A program made the position numbers and the translations under genes. From Nostoc punctiforme PCC 73102 (GTDB lineage: Bacteria; Cyanobacteriota; Cyanobacteriia; Cyanobacteriales; Nostocaceae), in NCBI RefSeq assembly GCF_000020025.1, contig NC_010630.1, forward strand, positions 91,029 through 123,028: 32,000 nucleotides of DNA, in the 5' to 3' direction. The notes under the pieces are model-generated. The model was not told where the DNA came from. It made no database searches and worked only from the letters and a program-made list of their open reading frames with translations. Each line of letters begins with the position of its first letter. The first letter of the stretch is position 1. Below are positions 19,059 through 26,408 of this stretch, one piece after another.

Positions 19059-19076
19059 TGTGATTTGAATCATAAA
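19059..19076 (+). repeat. Outer element left terminal repeat
   Basis: TGTGATTTGAATCATAAA. It contains the TTTGAATCATAA motif, which recurs inverted at the other end. Confidence 0.85.
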
Positions 19077-19094
19077 ATAAACTTTTAGCTCACA

Positions 19095-19132
19095 ATATGC
19101 TTCAGAAAGCATTAACCATTTTATGCTTCAAA
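19095..19132. repeat. Two subterminal copies of the end motif in the outer left end
   Basis: ATATGCTTCAGA at 19095-19106 and TTATGCTTCAAA at 19121-19132. Both fit TTATG(A/C)TTCA(A/G)A. They are candidate TnsB-binding sites. Confidence 0.5.
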
Positions 19133-19157
19133 AATCGGCGAAAAAGTAGAAGACATG

Positions 19158-19174
19158 TTCCATGTAATACACAG
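19158..19174 (+). repeat. Sixth copy of the TCCATGTAATACACAG motif, inside the outer element's left end
   Basis: TTCCATGTAATACACAG (19158-19174). Its last 16 nt (TCCATGTAATACACAG, 19159-19174) are identical to 18089-18104. Confidence 0.6.
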
Positions 19175-19258
19175 TTAAGGGGTTAGATTTGGCAAAGCTG
19201 TCATGAAGTACAAACTAAACTGTTTAGTTTAAATATCAAGCATCACCATCTAAAGCCC

Positions 19259-19672
19259 TTAAATAGATACAGTTAAGATTTTAAACAACCAGTCTTCTAG
19301 AGGTACGCCGAATTCTTCTGGAATCTGTTGTTGTATCTTGGTGTATTGAACCTGATTCCAATATGCAGGATTAAATATACTGTGCGGAACTTCTACATCA
19401 ACTAATTGTGGATTTTCCATAACACGACACCACATTCTGGCTCGATAATCAATTGTGAGGTTCCCAAAAGGTAACTCAATCCAATAATGCGGTGACACTT
19501 GACCATGCCCAACCCATCGGAACGAACCGTACCAAATTAGATGTTCAATACCCTCATTAAATAAAATAGTAGAGAGAACTTTGCTATGCCCATCACACTC
19601 CGTTGGGGAATTATTCCAAACACCTAATTCTTCACGTAGCTGCTCAATAAAATCATTATTCATTCCAAGCAT
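19259..19672 (-). CDS. Hypothetical small protein with a papain/transglutaminase-like Cys-His-Asp pattern
   Basis: 137-aa ORF with GGAG 9 nt upstream of the ATG. The pattern TECDGHSKVLSTIL...GIEH...SPHYWIEL...LTIDY fits the order and spacing of the C..., HxWxE and D motifs of transglutaminase-like cysteine peptidase folds. This rests on the motifs alone. Confidence 0.55.
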   Translation of the reverse strand: MLGMNNDFIEQLREELGVWNNSPTECDGHSKVLSTILFNEGIEHLIWYGSFRWVGHGQVSPHYWIELPFGNLTIDYRARMWCRVMENPQLVDVEVPHSIFNPAYWNQVQYTKIQQQIPEEFGVPLEDWLFKILTVSI

Positions 19673-19784
19673 ATTTATTCTCCAATAGTACTTTCAATTT
19701 GCGAACTGTATTGATTGTCATATCAGCTTGTGTTGCTGTTTGACGCAATAATAATTTCTCATCAAGTGCTGCAATTACTCCTTG

Positions 19785-20753
19785 TTAAGCACGTTCTTCT
19801 TCAATTTCTTCAATTAACTGCTCAATCCAACTAGGTTTACCTGCTAGAATATCTACTTCAAACTCTGATAACTGCTTTTTTTTCATCCGCCGCAAATCTC
19901 GCAATGCAGCAGTCGCATCTTCCGGGTTGTCAAATTTGTAATATTCAGTCAAACTCCCAATAGAGCAATTGTAGTCAGCATATCTATATTTAAAATATTT
20001 CTCTACATTCCCTCGATGCGACCAGTGTCCTAAAACTTTGATTGAAACATGAGAAAAATGTTTGACCAAATCAGTTTGAACTTCAGCTACGCGTGCTTGT
20101 ATTTCCCGCCTAGTCACACCAATTTTATAAAATGTTTCTTTATCAGTATCAATTTGAAGGTAATACAGAGTATTCGATAAAATTTTCTTTAATTCGGCGC
20201 GATATATTTGCAGATCCCAAAGACATTCATGAAAATTTGATGCATCATCAAGATAAGCAACTTGAACTTTTTTCTCTAACTGCTGCAACTTCTCCCACAA
20301 TATTGATTCTTGCACTTGGTTGAACAGCATTAACGATAATGCACCAACAGGTATCTTACCTAGCTTGGTAAACTGGTATTCTCCATAGAGACGGTATTCA
20401 TTGTACTCTAACAATTTTTCTTTAATAAAAATTGAGTTAATTTTACTCTCATAAATACCTTTGTTCTTCCATCCGTATCGATTCCAAAGGGTCTTGATCT
20501 GTTGGAGTTCTTTACCTGTTAGACATATATTGAAGTTATTGTATAAAGGTAAAGTAGGAATTTCACGTTCACTGCGATTAGCTACTTCTCTGCAAGTAAA
20601 GTTAGTGTGTGCGAAGTGGTGTTCTTTACGATTTCCCTTTTTCGCCGTCAACTCACCACCACAGTAGGGACACTTTAACTGAGTTCTCCCTCGTAGAACA
20701 TCTTCAATCGGTACTAAGATCAAATCTAGGTCAACACCATACCTGAGCCACAT
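19785..20753 (-). CDS. Two-domain protein: CoiA-like Zn-ribbon N-terminus plus a T5orf172 (GIY-YIG-superfamily-like) C-terminal domain
   Basis: 322-aa ORF. The N-terminus LKCPYCGGELTAKKGNRKEHHFAH matches the CoiA-family signature C-x2-C...K.G....HFAH. The C-terminus FYKIGVTRREIQARVAEVQ...LGHW...GNVEKYFKYRY...EYYKF resembles the T5orf172/MUG113 pattern. Confidence 0.7.
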   Translation of the reverse strand: MWLRYGVDLDLILVPIEDVLRGRTQLKCPYCGGELTAKKGNRKEHHFAHTNFTCREVANRSEREIPTLPLYNNFNICLTGKELQQIKTLWNRYGWKNKGIYESKINSIFIKEKLLEYNEYRLYGEYQFTKLGKIPVGALSLMLFNQVQESILWEKLQQLEKKVQVAYLDDASNFHECLWDLQIYRAELKKILSNTLYYLQIDTDKETFYKIGVTRREIQARVAEVQTDLVKHFSHVSIKVLGHWSHRGNVEKYFKYRYADYNCSIGSLTEYYKFDNPEDATAALRDLRRMKKKQLSEFEVDILAGKPSWIEQLIEEIEEERA

Positions 20754-21065
20754 TTGGGAATACCTTTTATTTGATACACCAGGAAAGGTAGGCTTGAAAA
20801 GCGCGTAATGATATTTTACTGTATCAAAAAAAGCTGCTGTAAAATAAATAATTCTTAAGGAATTTATCTTAAAAAGAAATACGTTTAAATTCCCAAATTA
20901 ACATTGTCCAGTCATAACCATCAGAATCAACTACACTAATGTACCATCTAAAAGAGGCTGTATACCTCTTTAATGCCATTGACTTAACTAACATATTCTC
21001 TTCATCAGTAGCGTCGGAGCTATGACCTGCTTGAATTAAATCACCAACTCTAGTAATTTCATATA

Positions 21066-21344
21066 TTAATCAAGTGTTGAATAATCAGAAAGTTCTGTTG
21101 TTTCTAACTCACTTAAAAAGCCAGTTAATGCAAATGGACATTTACAACTAAGCTCTTTTTCTAAAAAATCAGCATTTAAGTGATATTCAAAACACACAGT
21201 ATCAAAAATATCCTCAGTAGTTAATTCTAGATTTTCATCTAATTCCACTATTCGTGCTTCTATTAAGTAAATTAGCTCTTTACTAGAGAAGTAAGTTTTG
21301 ATTGTAGAAGTAATTATTAGATGATTTATTTTAGTAACTATCAT
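21066..21344 (-). CDS. Hypothetical acidic small protein
   Basis: 92-aa ORF co-directional with tnsC, 31 nt downstream of the 138-aa ORF. I recognise no motif. It may be part of a longer frameshifted gene (see findings). Confidence 0.4.
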   Translation of the reverse strand: MIVTKINHLIITSTIKTYFSSKELIYLIEARIVELDENLELTTEDIFDTVCFEYHLNADFLEKELSCKCPFALTGFLSELETTELSDYSTLD

Positions 21345-21375
21345 TTTAACTCTCCGATGATTTTAAACATAATCT

Positions 21376-21792
21376 TCAAATTGGTAAATGCTGTTGTAAG
21401 ATTGGGTGCAAAGAAGCAGCAATTGCCTCAAACTTATCACCATCTGGATAGGGACGAAGAATTTCCTCACCGTCTTCGTTCAACCACTCTTGTCGTATTG
21501 GAGTGTACTCAAGCGATAGAATTGCAGTTCTCCACCAGCCAGATAATGCTAAATGTTCCCCAGACCAAAATAGCCGGAAATCAACCTTCTTATTTCGATA
21601 AACTTCACTAATAGGATTAGAATAAGGACGGTTTTTAGGATCAAAAGTCTCAGTAAAATAGCCTTGAAAATCAATTACTAAAAAATCTTTTTTAATTTCT
21701 GCTGTTAATTTAAAACGAGAGTGTAGATAATGAGCAGATAAAATTTTAGCGGCTGCTAATTCAAATTCTATAGGTAAAGTAGATAAACTCAT
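21376..21792 (-). CDS. Hypothetical protein in the position usually occupied by tniQ
   Basis: 138-aa ORF 90 nt downstream of tnsC on the same strand. It has no Cys-rich TniQ-like zinc motif and no family I recognise. Confidence 0.55.
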   Translation of the reverse strand: MSLSTLPIEFELAAAKILSAHYLHSRFKLTAEIKKDFLVIDFQGYFTETFDPKNRPYSNPISEVYRNKKVDFRLFWSGEHLALSGWWRTAILSLEYTPIRQEWLNEDGEEILRPYPDGDKFEAIAASLHPILQQHLPI

Positions 21793-21882
21793 TAATTAAT
21801 AATTTCCTTGAATACCGATGCGAACATTATTGAAAAATTGATACCCTTGATAAAAACTGTTTACTACTGAATTTTTTGATGT

Positions 21883-23355
21883 TCACTCAAGTCCAACAGT
21901 GTCTCGTTTGGGTTTGCGTTGCCCAACACGTTGGGAAGACTTTTTAGGCATTTTCTGTTTAGTTGCAGCTTCATCATCAATTGTCTTCTGTTCTATTATG
22001 GGACTGACAGTAATATTTGTTTCTAGTGGTGTCTCACTAATTGAAGAATCAGTTTGTTTTGTCTTCTTGCGAGTTTGTTTCTTCTTGGGGACTGGCTCTA
22101 TAGAAGTTTTGCCTGGTGTAGTAGAAGGCGTTTCATCTATCGTAGAACTGACGGGCTTTTTACGAGTCCGTTTCGCTTGAGATGGTGGTTTGTCAGATTT
22201 CGGAGGCGATGCTACCACATCTGCTGCGCCCTTTGATAAATCCACCGCAGTTTTTGGTACAGATGTAGAACCCATTCCCATCTGTAGCAAATGCCACAAA
22301 TGTTCACGGCGACTTTCCATATAAGAGAGTTTTTGTTCTCCCTCAGTGGTATCCAATGCCATACGTTCACATTGGGCTAGTGTTAGGGTATGTTCATGCA
22401 ATCTTTCTAAACTAAGAGTGTCGTGGCCATCATGTGCTACCGCTGCCACAGCCCGTATAAGCCAGTCTTTGAGTACCCCAACACAACCAATGCAACGTTC
22501 ATAGAAATAAAGCCAATGCTGCATTAGCTCTCTTACATCAACATTCATCGGTACTTGCATCAGGAGTGCCAATAATGCGGCTTGAAAATCCTGACGGTCA
22601 AGTTCATTTTGATACAGATAACGCGGAAAATGGATATCTAGTCCCCGCCGGGATGCTTGACCACTTAAATTGCGGAAATTTAGCAGTTCGTAAGTCCCAA
22701 TGAGAATGTGTAGCACACCCGTAACGTTGGTCATAGACTTAATCCAGTCCAACTGGTCTAAAAGCTTACCAGCACTTGCACCAGTCCCAATCTTCATTAA
22801 GTGCTGTGCTTCGTCCAAAATCACCGCCCGCACTCCGCGTTTGGTCATCGCTTCTTCTAATGCGTGGCGCAGTTCGGGAGAATCATTAAACTGCGCTGTT
22901 TTAGTCCGGGAGCGTCCTTTCTTCTCCCAAGTCTGCTCCGCATCAATATCTATCAGCATCCGCCGCTCATAGAATGGTTCTCCCAAAAGCTTTAGCGCAG
23001 TGCGGTAATAATCTGCGCGATTAAACACCCCACCGTCAGATGGTCGTGTTTCTAACAGCAATAACGGCATCAGGGGCTGACTGCCGTTACGATAGCTTAA
23101 GGAATTGGATACACCTGGTAACTGTTCGGGTACATTCTCATTTAACCGTTTAGCAATCTGCCGAATCATCGTTGTTTTACCCACACCGCTTGGCCCATAA
23201 ACCAACACATGAGCAAATCCGGCGGGTTCTCGAATCGCACGCATCAACAACATATCTACCCGTGCTAACTGGGGATGTAAAACTGCATACTCCTTAAACT
23301 GAGTTAGTTTGAGGTGCATTTGGTCGTTTTGATTAAGGCTCTCCAAATTGTCCAT
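21883..23355 (-). CDS. tnsC: TnsC/TniB-like AAA+ ATPase with a long low-complexity C-terminal extension
   Basis: 490-aa ORF. Walker A is VYGPSGVGKTT and Walker B is VILDEAQHL. The start overlaps the tnsAB stop (TAATG). The core is co-linear with the inner element's TnsC (…LDEAQHL…IGTYELLN…CVG(V/L)LK(D/N)WL…). Residues ~360-475 are K/P/T/S-rich. The terminal motif is RVGQRKPKRDTVG. Confidence 0.9.
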   Translation of the reverse strand: MDNLESLNQNDQMHLKLTQFKEYAVLHPQLARVDMLLMRAIREPAGFAHVLVYGPSGVGKTTMIRQIAKRLNENVPEQLPGVSNSLSYRNGSQPLMPLLLLETRPSDGGVFNRADYYRTALKLLGEPFYERRMLIDIDAEQTWEKKGRSRTKTAQFNDSPELRHALEEAMTKRGVRAVILDEAQHLMKIGTGASAGKLLDQLDWIKSMTNVTGVLHILIGTYELLNFRNLSGQASRRGLDIHFPRYLYQNELDRQDFQAALLALLMQVPMNVDVRELMQHWLYFYERCIGCVGVLKDWLIRAVAAVAHDGHDTLSLERLHEHTLTLAQCERMALDTTEGEQKLSYMESRREHLWHLLQMGMGSTSVPKTAVDLSKGAADVVASPPKSDKPPSQAKRTRKKPVSSTIDETPSTTPGKTSIEPVPKKKQTRKKTKQTDSSISETPLETNITVSPIIEQKTIDDEAATKQKMPKKSSQRVGQRKPKRDTVGLE

Positions 23356-26072
23356 TAACGGTATTCCCCTAGTATCGGCAGTCGTGTGAGATCCAACAGT
23401 TCAATGTTGTTTTGCAGTGCTGGCAATTGTTCGTCATCTTGACTGTGTGCTTCTATCTCCGGCTCAAGAGTGCTGACTGGGGGAAACTGGGGTACACCTT
23501 CCTTATTGAGTGTTAAATTCTCCAGTACCCCAACAGCTTCCAAATCCCGTAATCGTTGCATGAGTAAGATTTCATGTTCTTGCACCGCCGCGATGAAGTC
23601 TGCAAGGCGTTTGGCAGAGATATTTGTACTCACAGCATTACGCTTATCTTGCTGTCTGATTTCTTGGGCAGCTAATAGCACTTCTTTCTCCGTGCGTCCG
23701 GCAAAGGTGCTGTAATACTGGGAGATACATTTGACCCATCTTCCCTCTAAGTACGCATAAGCTACACCCATATCAAAAGGGTCATAGCGTACACTGACTT
23801 TGGTCTTTTCGACAACCGGATTGCGGAAAGCATCGTTCCAGTAATAAAGATAATTGACTTTAATTCCCTGTCCCGGCTGAACTTTAGCGTTGCCTTTGGG
23901 TGTACTAGGGCGTGTTGCCATGAGAAAGTCTTCGTTGTATGCAATACGTCGGTGTTCCCTCTCCCCTGTGGCAGCCATTGCGTCAGTATAAACTTGTAAT
24001 GGTGTCTCACCCAAGGAATCATGTACGCTTGTGTCATAAATGGTGTATGCCCACTCACTCAGGTAGGTATGTAAAGAAGCTAATGTCCAAACGGCAAGTT
24101 GTTTGGGGTCAACAGAAGAAGTGAGTTGACGCGGTTGTTTACTGGCTTGGGTGTTGCCCAGTAAGTTAAAGATAAATTCAGTATTAGTTGTTCCGAATAA
24201 TCGCTCAACTACTGAGCCAAAACGAGGTTTTGCACCAGGACGAGTCTTTTTGATGCAGTGGTAGCGTGCTAATAAGGTATCAAAGTAAACGCTATGAAAT
24301 TCCTTACCGCCATCTACAACTACAGATTGGGGAAAACGACCAAAACGCTGGACGCACAACCGTAGTGCCATCATGCAAGACCTGTAACTGGGTGGGTCAA
24401 AGGTGAGATAAACTGCTAAGATGCGTCGGGAGTAGGCATCAATCAGTAATGTCAGCCAAGGTCGTCCTAAGTTCCGACCAGTTACTTGGGAGCGTAATTC
24501 GATATCGAGTTGGGTGTGGTCAAGATGACAGATAGCAAAAGGTCTGTCTCCATGCCGGGGTGTAGTTCTAGCTAGTTCTAAGACAATCGGTTCTGTTGCG
24601 TATGCGGCTTTTGCTCCCTGACGTTTTAAAGTCTGCTCATGGATTGGACGCTTTTTTAGCCGAGTATAAAATGTGCGCTGACTCAGTGGAGGGATGTTGG
24701 CTGTACAGCAGGCTCTTGTATATGCCCGATAAACGGAAGCGGCTGGAGCTTGCCTTGGTGTCTCGAAGTGTTCTGTAATAAATTTATCTAGTAAAACGCT
24801 GGTATCTGTTGGTGCTTTGGATAGGCGATTTCCTCTATTATTTGTACGTGGGAGCAAACCAACATAACCGCAACCAAAAGTGGCTTCCGCTTCCCGAAAC
24901 TGTTTTACCCATCGAGATAAGGTGCTTTGAGGTATGTCCTTCCCTATATCTGTGTGATGCTGGAAATATGCTTGTACTAAATGAAATCTGCGATTGGCTC
25001 TTTGTAGATCCGCAGGCGAGGCGGCATCCATCAATTCACGCACTCCCTCATTGATGGTTGTTTGTTTTTCTGAGGTGAGAATATTGATAGTGCTACTGTC
25101 GAATAATTGCAGAAAAAATGCTGTGGGCAATTGCATTGGTTGCCCGACTGCGGGTAGCAGTGTGGTTGTAGTCTCGCCCAAGTTAACTAAAGTCCAAAGT
25201 TGTGAGTCCCAGACTAATAAGGTATTAGGCAAGAGTGTTGTGGGTGAGGTGATTTTTCGATGATCCCCAGTTGTCCCTATGGCTAAATATGTATGAGCAG
25301 TATGAGTTTGCTCATCTGCCCATAGCTGAACTCGCCAATGTTCCACTAGGGGAACTGCATACAAGTCCACGTAGAGTTGCTCTGTGGCAATCATGGCGTA
25401 AATATCGTTAGCACGCACTCCGGGAATGGTTGCAAGTGTGGCGGCTATAGTTATTCCTGGACTGGCTTTAACTGAAGACAGTATTTGTTCTGTAATGGAA
25501 AGGGGGACATTGGCGGTGAACCTAAAGTAGTCTTCTAAAAACATTAGGTTCTGGGTGAATATGGGATTTAGTTCGGTATCGGTGCGAACATGATATTTGA
25601 GTCCATAAGATTCGGCGTAAGCTTCTCCTGGTGGGCAATGCCAATGACCAGTTTCAGTTTTTTGGTAGCGTGAAGGGTATTTTTGGGCTAGTCGTTTTAA
25701 TTCGGTTTCGGTTTTCCATTCTTCCCAAGCTGCACCTGTCGTCCGCAGTACGAAGAAGTCTGGGGTATGGTAATGACCTATATTTCGTCCGTTTTGGTTT
25801 TGGTACTGAATTTTAAATGGAGGTGGTTGGTCGTAGAACTCTAACACCTGTGGGTCGTGTTCCATTTGGTAAATCGCCCATAGTTCTACTGTGTGGCTCT
25901 CAAATTGAATGGTTTGACCCATTTTGCGGCTAGGGTAAACTCCACTGACGTTCTTAGCGCGTCCTTGTACTCTGCGAGAAGGTGGGGCAGCGCGAATTGC
26001 GGCGATTATTAAGAGTATTTGTGCCGTTAGTTGCTGTTGCTTACACCAATGGTCAAATTCATCGTCTGTCAT
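23355..26072 (-). CDS. tnsB: TnsA-TnsB fusion transposase: N-terminal TnsA-like endonuclease module plus a DDE/rve TnsB-type transposase
   Basis: 905-aa ORF. The N-terminus QFESHTVEL...DPQVLEFYDQPPPFKIQY...YHTPDFFVLR...WEEWKTETEL gives E58/D105/K120. This pattern and spacing resemble Tn7 TnsA E63/D114/K132. The DDE core is HLDHTQLD, LLIDAYSRRILA and VVDGGKEFHS. There is no separate tnsA gene in the element. Confidence 0.85.
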   Translation of the reverse strand: MTDDEFDHWCKQQQLTAQILLIIAAIRAAPPSRRVQGRAKNVSGVYPSRKMGQTIQFESHTVELWAIYQMEHDPQVLEFYDQPPPFKIQYQNQNGRNIGHYHTPDFFVLRTTGAAWEEWKTETELKRLAQKYPSRYQKTETGHWHCPPGEAYAESYGLKYHVRTDTELNPIFTQNLMFLEDYFRFTANVPLSITEQILSSVKASPGITIAATLATIPGVRANDIYAMIATEQLYVDLYAVPLVEHWRVQLWADEQTHTAHTYLAIGTTGDHRKITSPTTLLPNTLLVWDSQLWTLVNLGETTTTLLPAVGQPMQLPTAFFLQLFDSSTINILTSEKQTTINEGVRELMDAASPADLQRANRRFHLVQAYFQHHTDIGKDIPQSTLSRWVKQFREAEATFGCGYVGLLPRTNNRGNRLSKAPTDTSVLLDKFITEHFETPRQAPAASVYRAYTRACCTANIPPLSQRTFYTRLKKRPIHEQTLKRQGAKAAYATEPIVLELARTTPRHGDRPFAICHLDHTQLDIELRSQVTGRNLGRPWLTLLIDAYSRRILAVYLTFDPPSYRSCMMALRLCVQRFGRFPQSVVVDGGKEFHSVYFDTLLARYHCIKKTRPGAKPRFGSVVERLFGTTNTEFIFNLLGNTQASKQPRQLTSSVDPKQLAVWTLASLHTYLSEWAYTIYDTSVHDSLGETPLQVYTDAMAATGEREHRRIAYNEDFLMATRPSTPKGNAKVQPGQGIKVNYLYYWNDAFRNPVVEKTKVSVRYDPFDMGVAYAYLEGRWVKCISQYYSTFAGRTEKEVLLAAQEIRQQDKRNAVSTNISAKRLADFIAAVQEHEILLMQRLRDLEAVGVLENLTLNKEGVPQFPPVSTLEPEIEAHSQDDEQLPALQNNIELLDLTRLPILGEYR

Positions 26073-26149
26073 GAGAATGCTTCTCTTTGCCAGGAGGCGG
26101 TTTTAGGCTTTCAGTACGCAATACCAAACTACAGAGGCATGGTTTTAAG

Positions 26150-26311
26150 TGAAGCATATCTTGGAATTTTGAACCATATTTTGAATTGAAAGTTTATAAG
26201 TGGGCAATTTTTTCAAAGATTTTTTGTGCAAGTTTCATTCAATTGTGTTTTTTCAACTCATTTTTTAATTATGCTTCAGAATTTTAACTCTCTCTCATGA
26301 TTTGATTCAAA
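26150..26311. repeat. Subterminal end-motif copies of the outer element's right end, between the tnsAB start and the nested insertion
   Basis: In the same orientation as the terminal site: TTATGCTTCAGA (26269-26280) and TTTGATTCAAA (26301-26311). In the opposite orientation: TGAAGCATAT (26150-26159) and TTTGAACCATA (26168-26178). Confidence 0.5.
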
Positions 26312-26357
26312 GTTTTATGTTGGGATTGGTGAGAAAGTCCGAAATTGCGTTAACTCT

Positions 26358-26408
26358 TGTCACTTAAAGGATATTGTGGCCGTTTTTAAACCATAAAGTG
26401 GCCGCAGT
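26358..26408 (+). repeat. Inner element terminal IR, tnsAB-proximal (right-end type)
   Basis: It contains two GTGGCCG-centred sub-repeats (ATTGTGGCCGTTTTT and AAAGTGGCCGCAGT), which are candidate TnsB-binding sites. Confidence 0.9.

Noticed and set aside
19212-19230. Palindrome AAACTAAAC-T-GTTTAGTTT downstream of the 137-aa ORF as a terminator or operator
   Set aside because: It is an all-AT-rich 9-bp stem with a 1-nt spacer and no flanking T-run. It is too weak to call.
18660-19260. A tRNA gene or other classical Tn7-like attachment site next to the element ends
   Set aside because: No cloverleaf-compatible sequence is visible next to either end within the window. The outer element's flanks read as an interrupted transposase ORF instead.
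19675-19784. In-frame, helix-like sequence after the stop of the 322-aa ORF (QGVIAALDEKLLLRQTATQADMTINTVRKLKVLLENKYAWNE), suggesting a nonsense mutation or readthrough
   Set aside because: It is short, has no supporting motif and overlaps the start region of the next ORF. It cannot be told apart from chance without homologues.
21899-25816. Plus-strand ORFs of 60-98 aa within outer tnsC/tnsAB, and minus-strand ORFs within the inner element genes (e.g. 27347..27568, 27795..28136, 30403..30657)
   Set aside because: They are antisense shadows of well-supported transposition genes.
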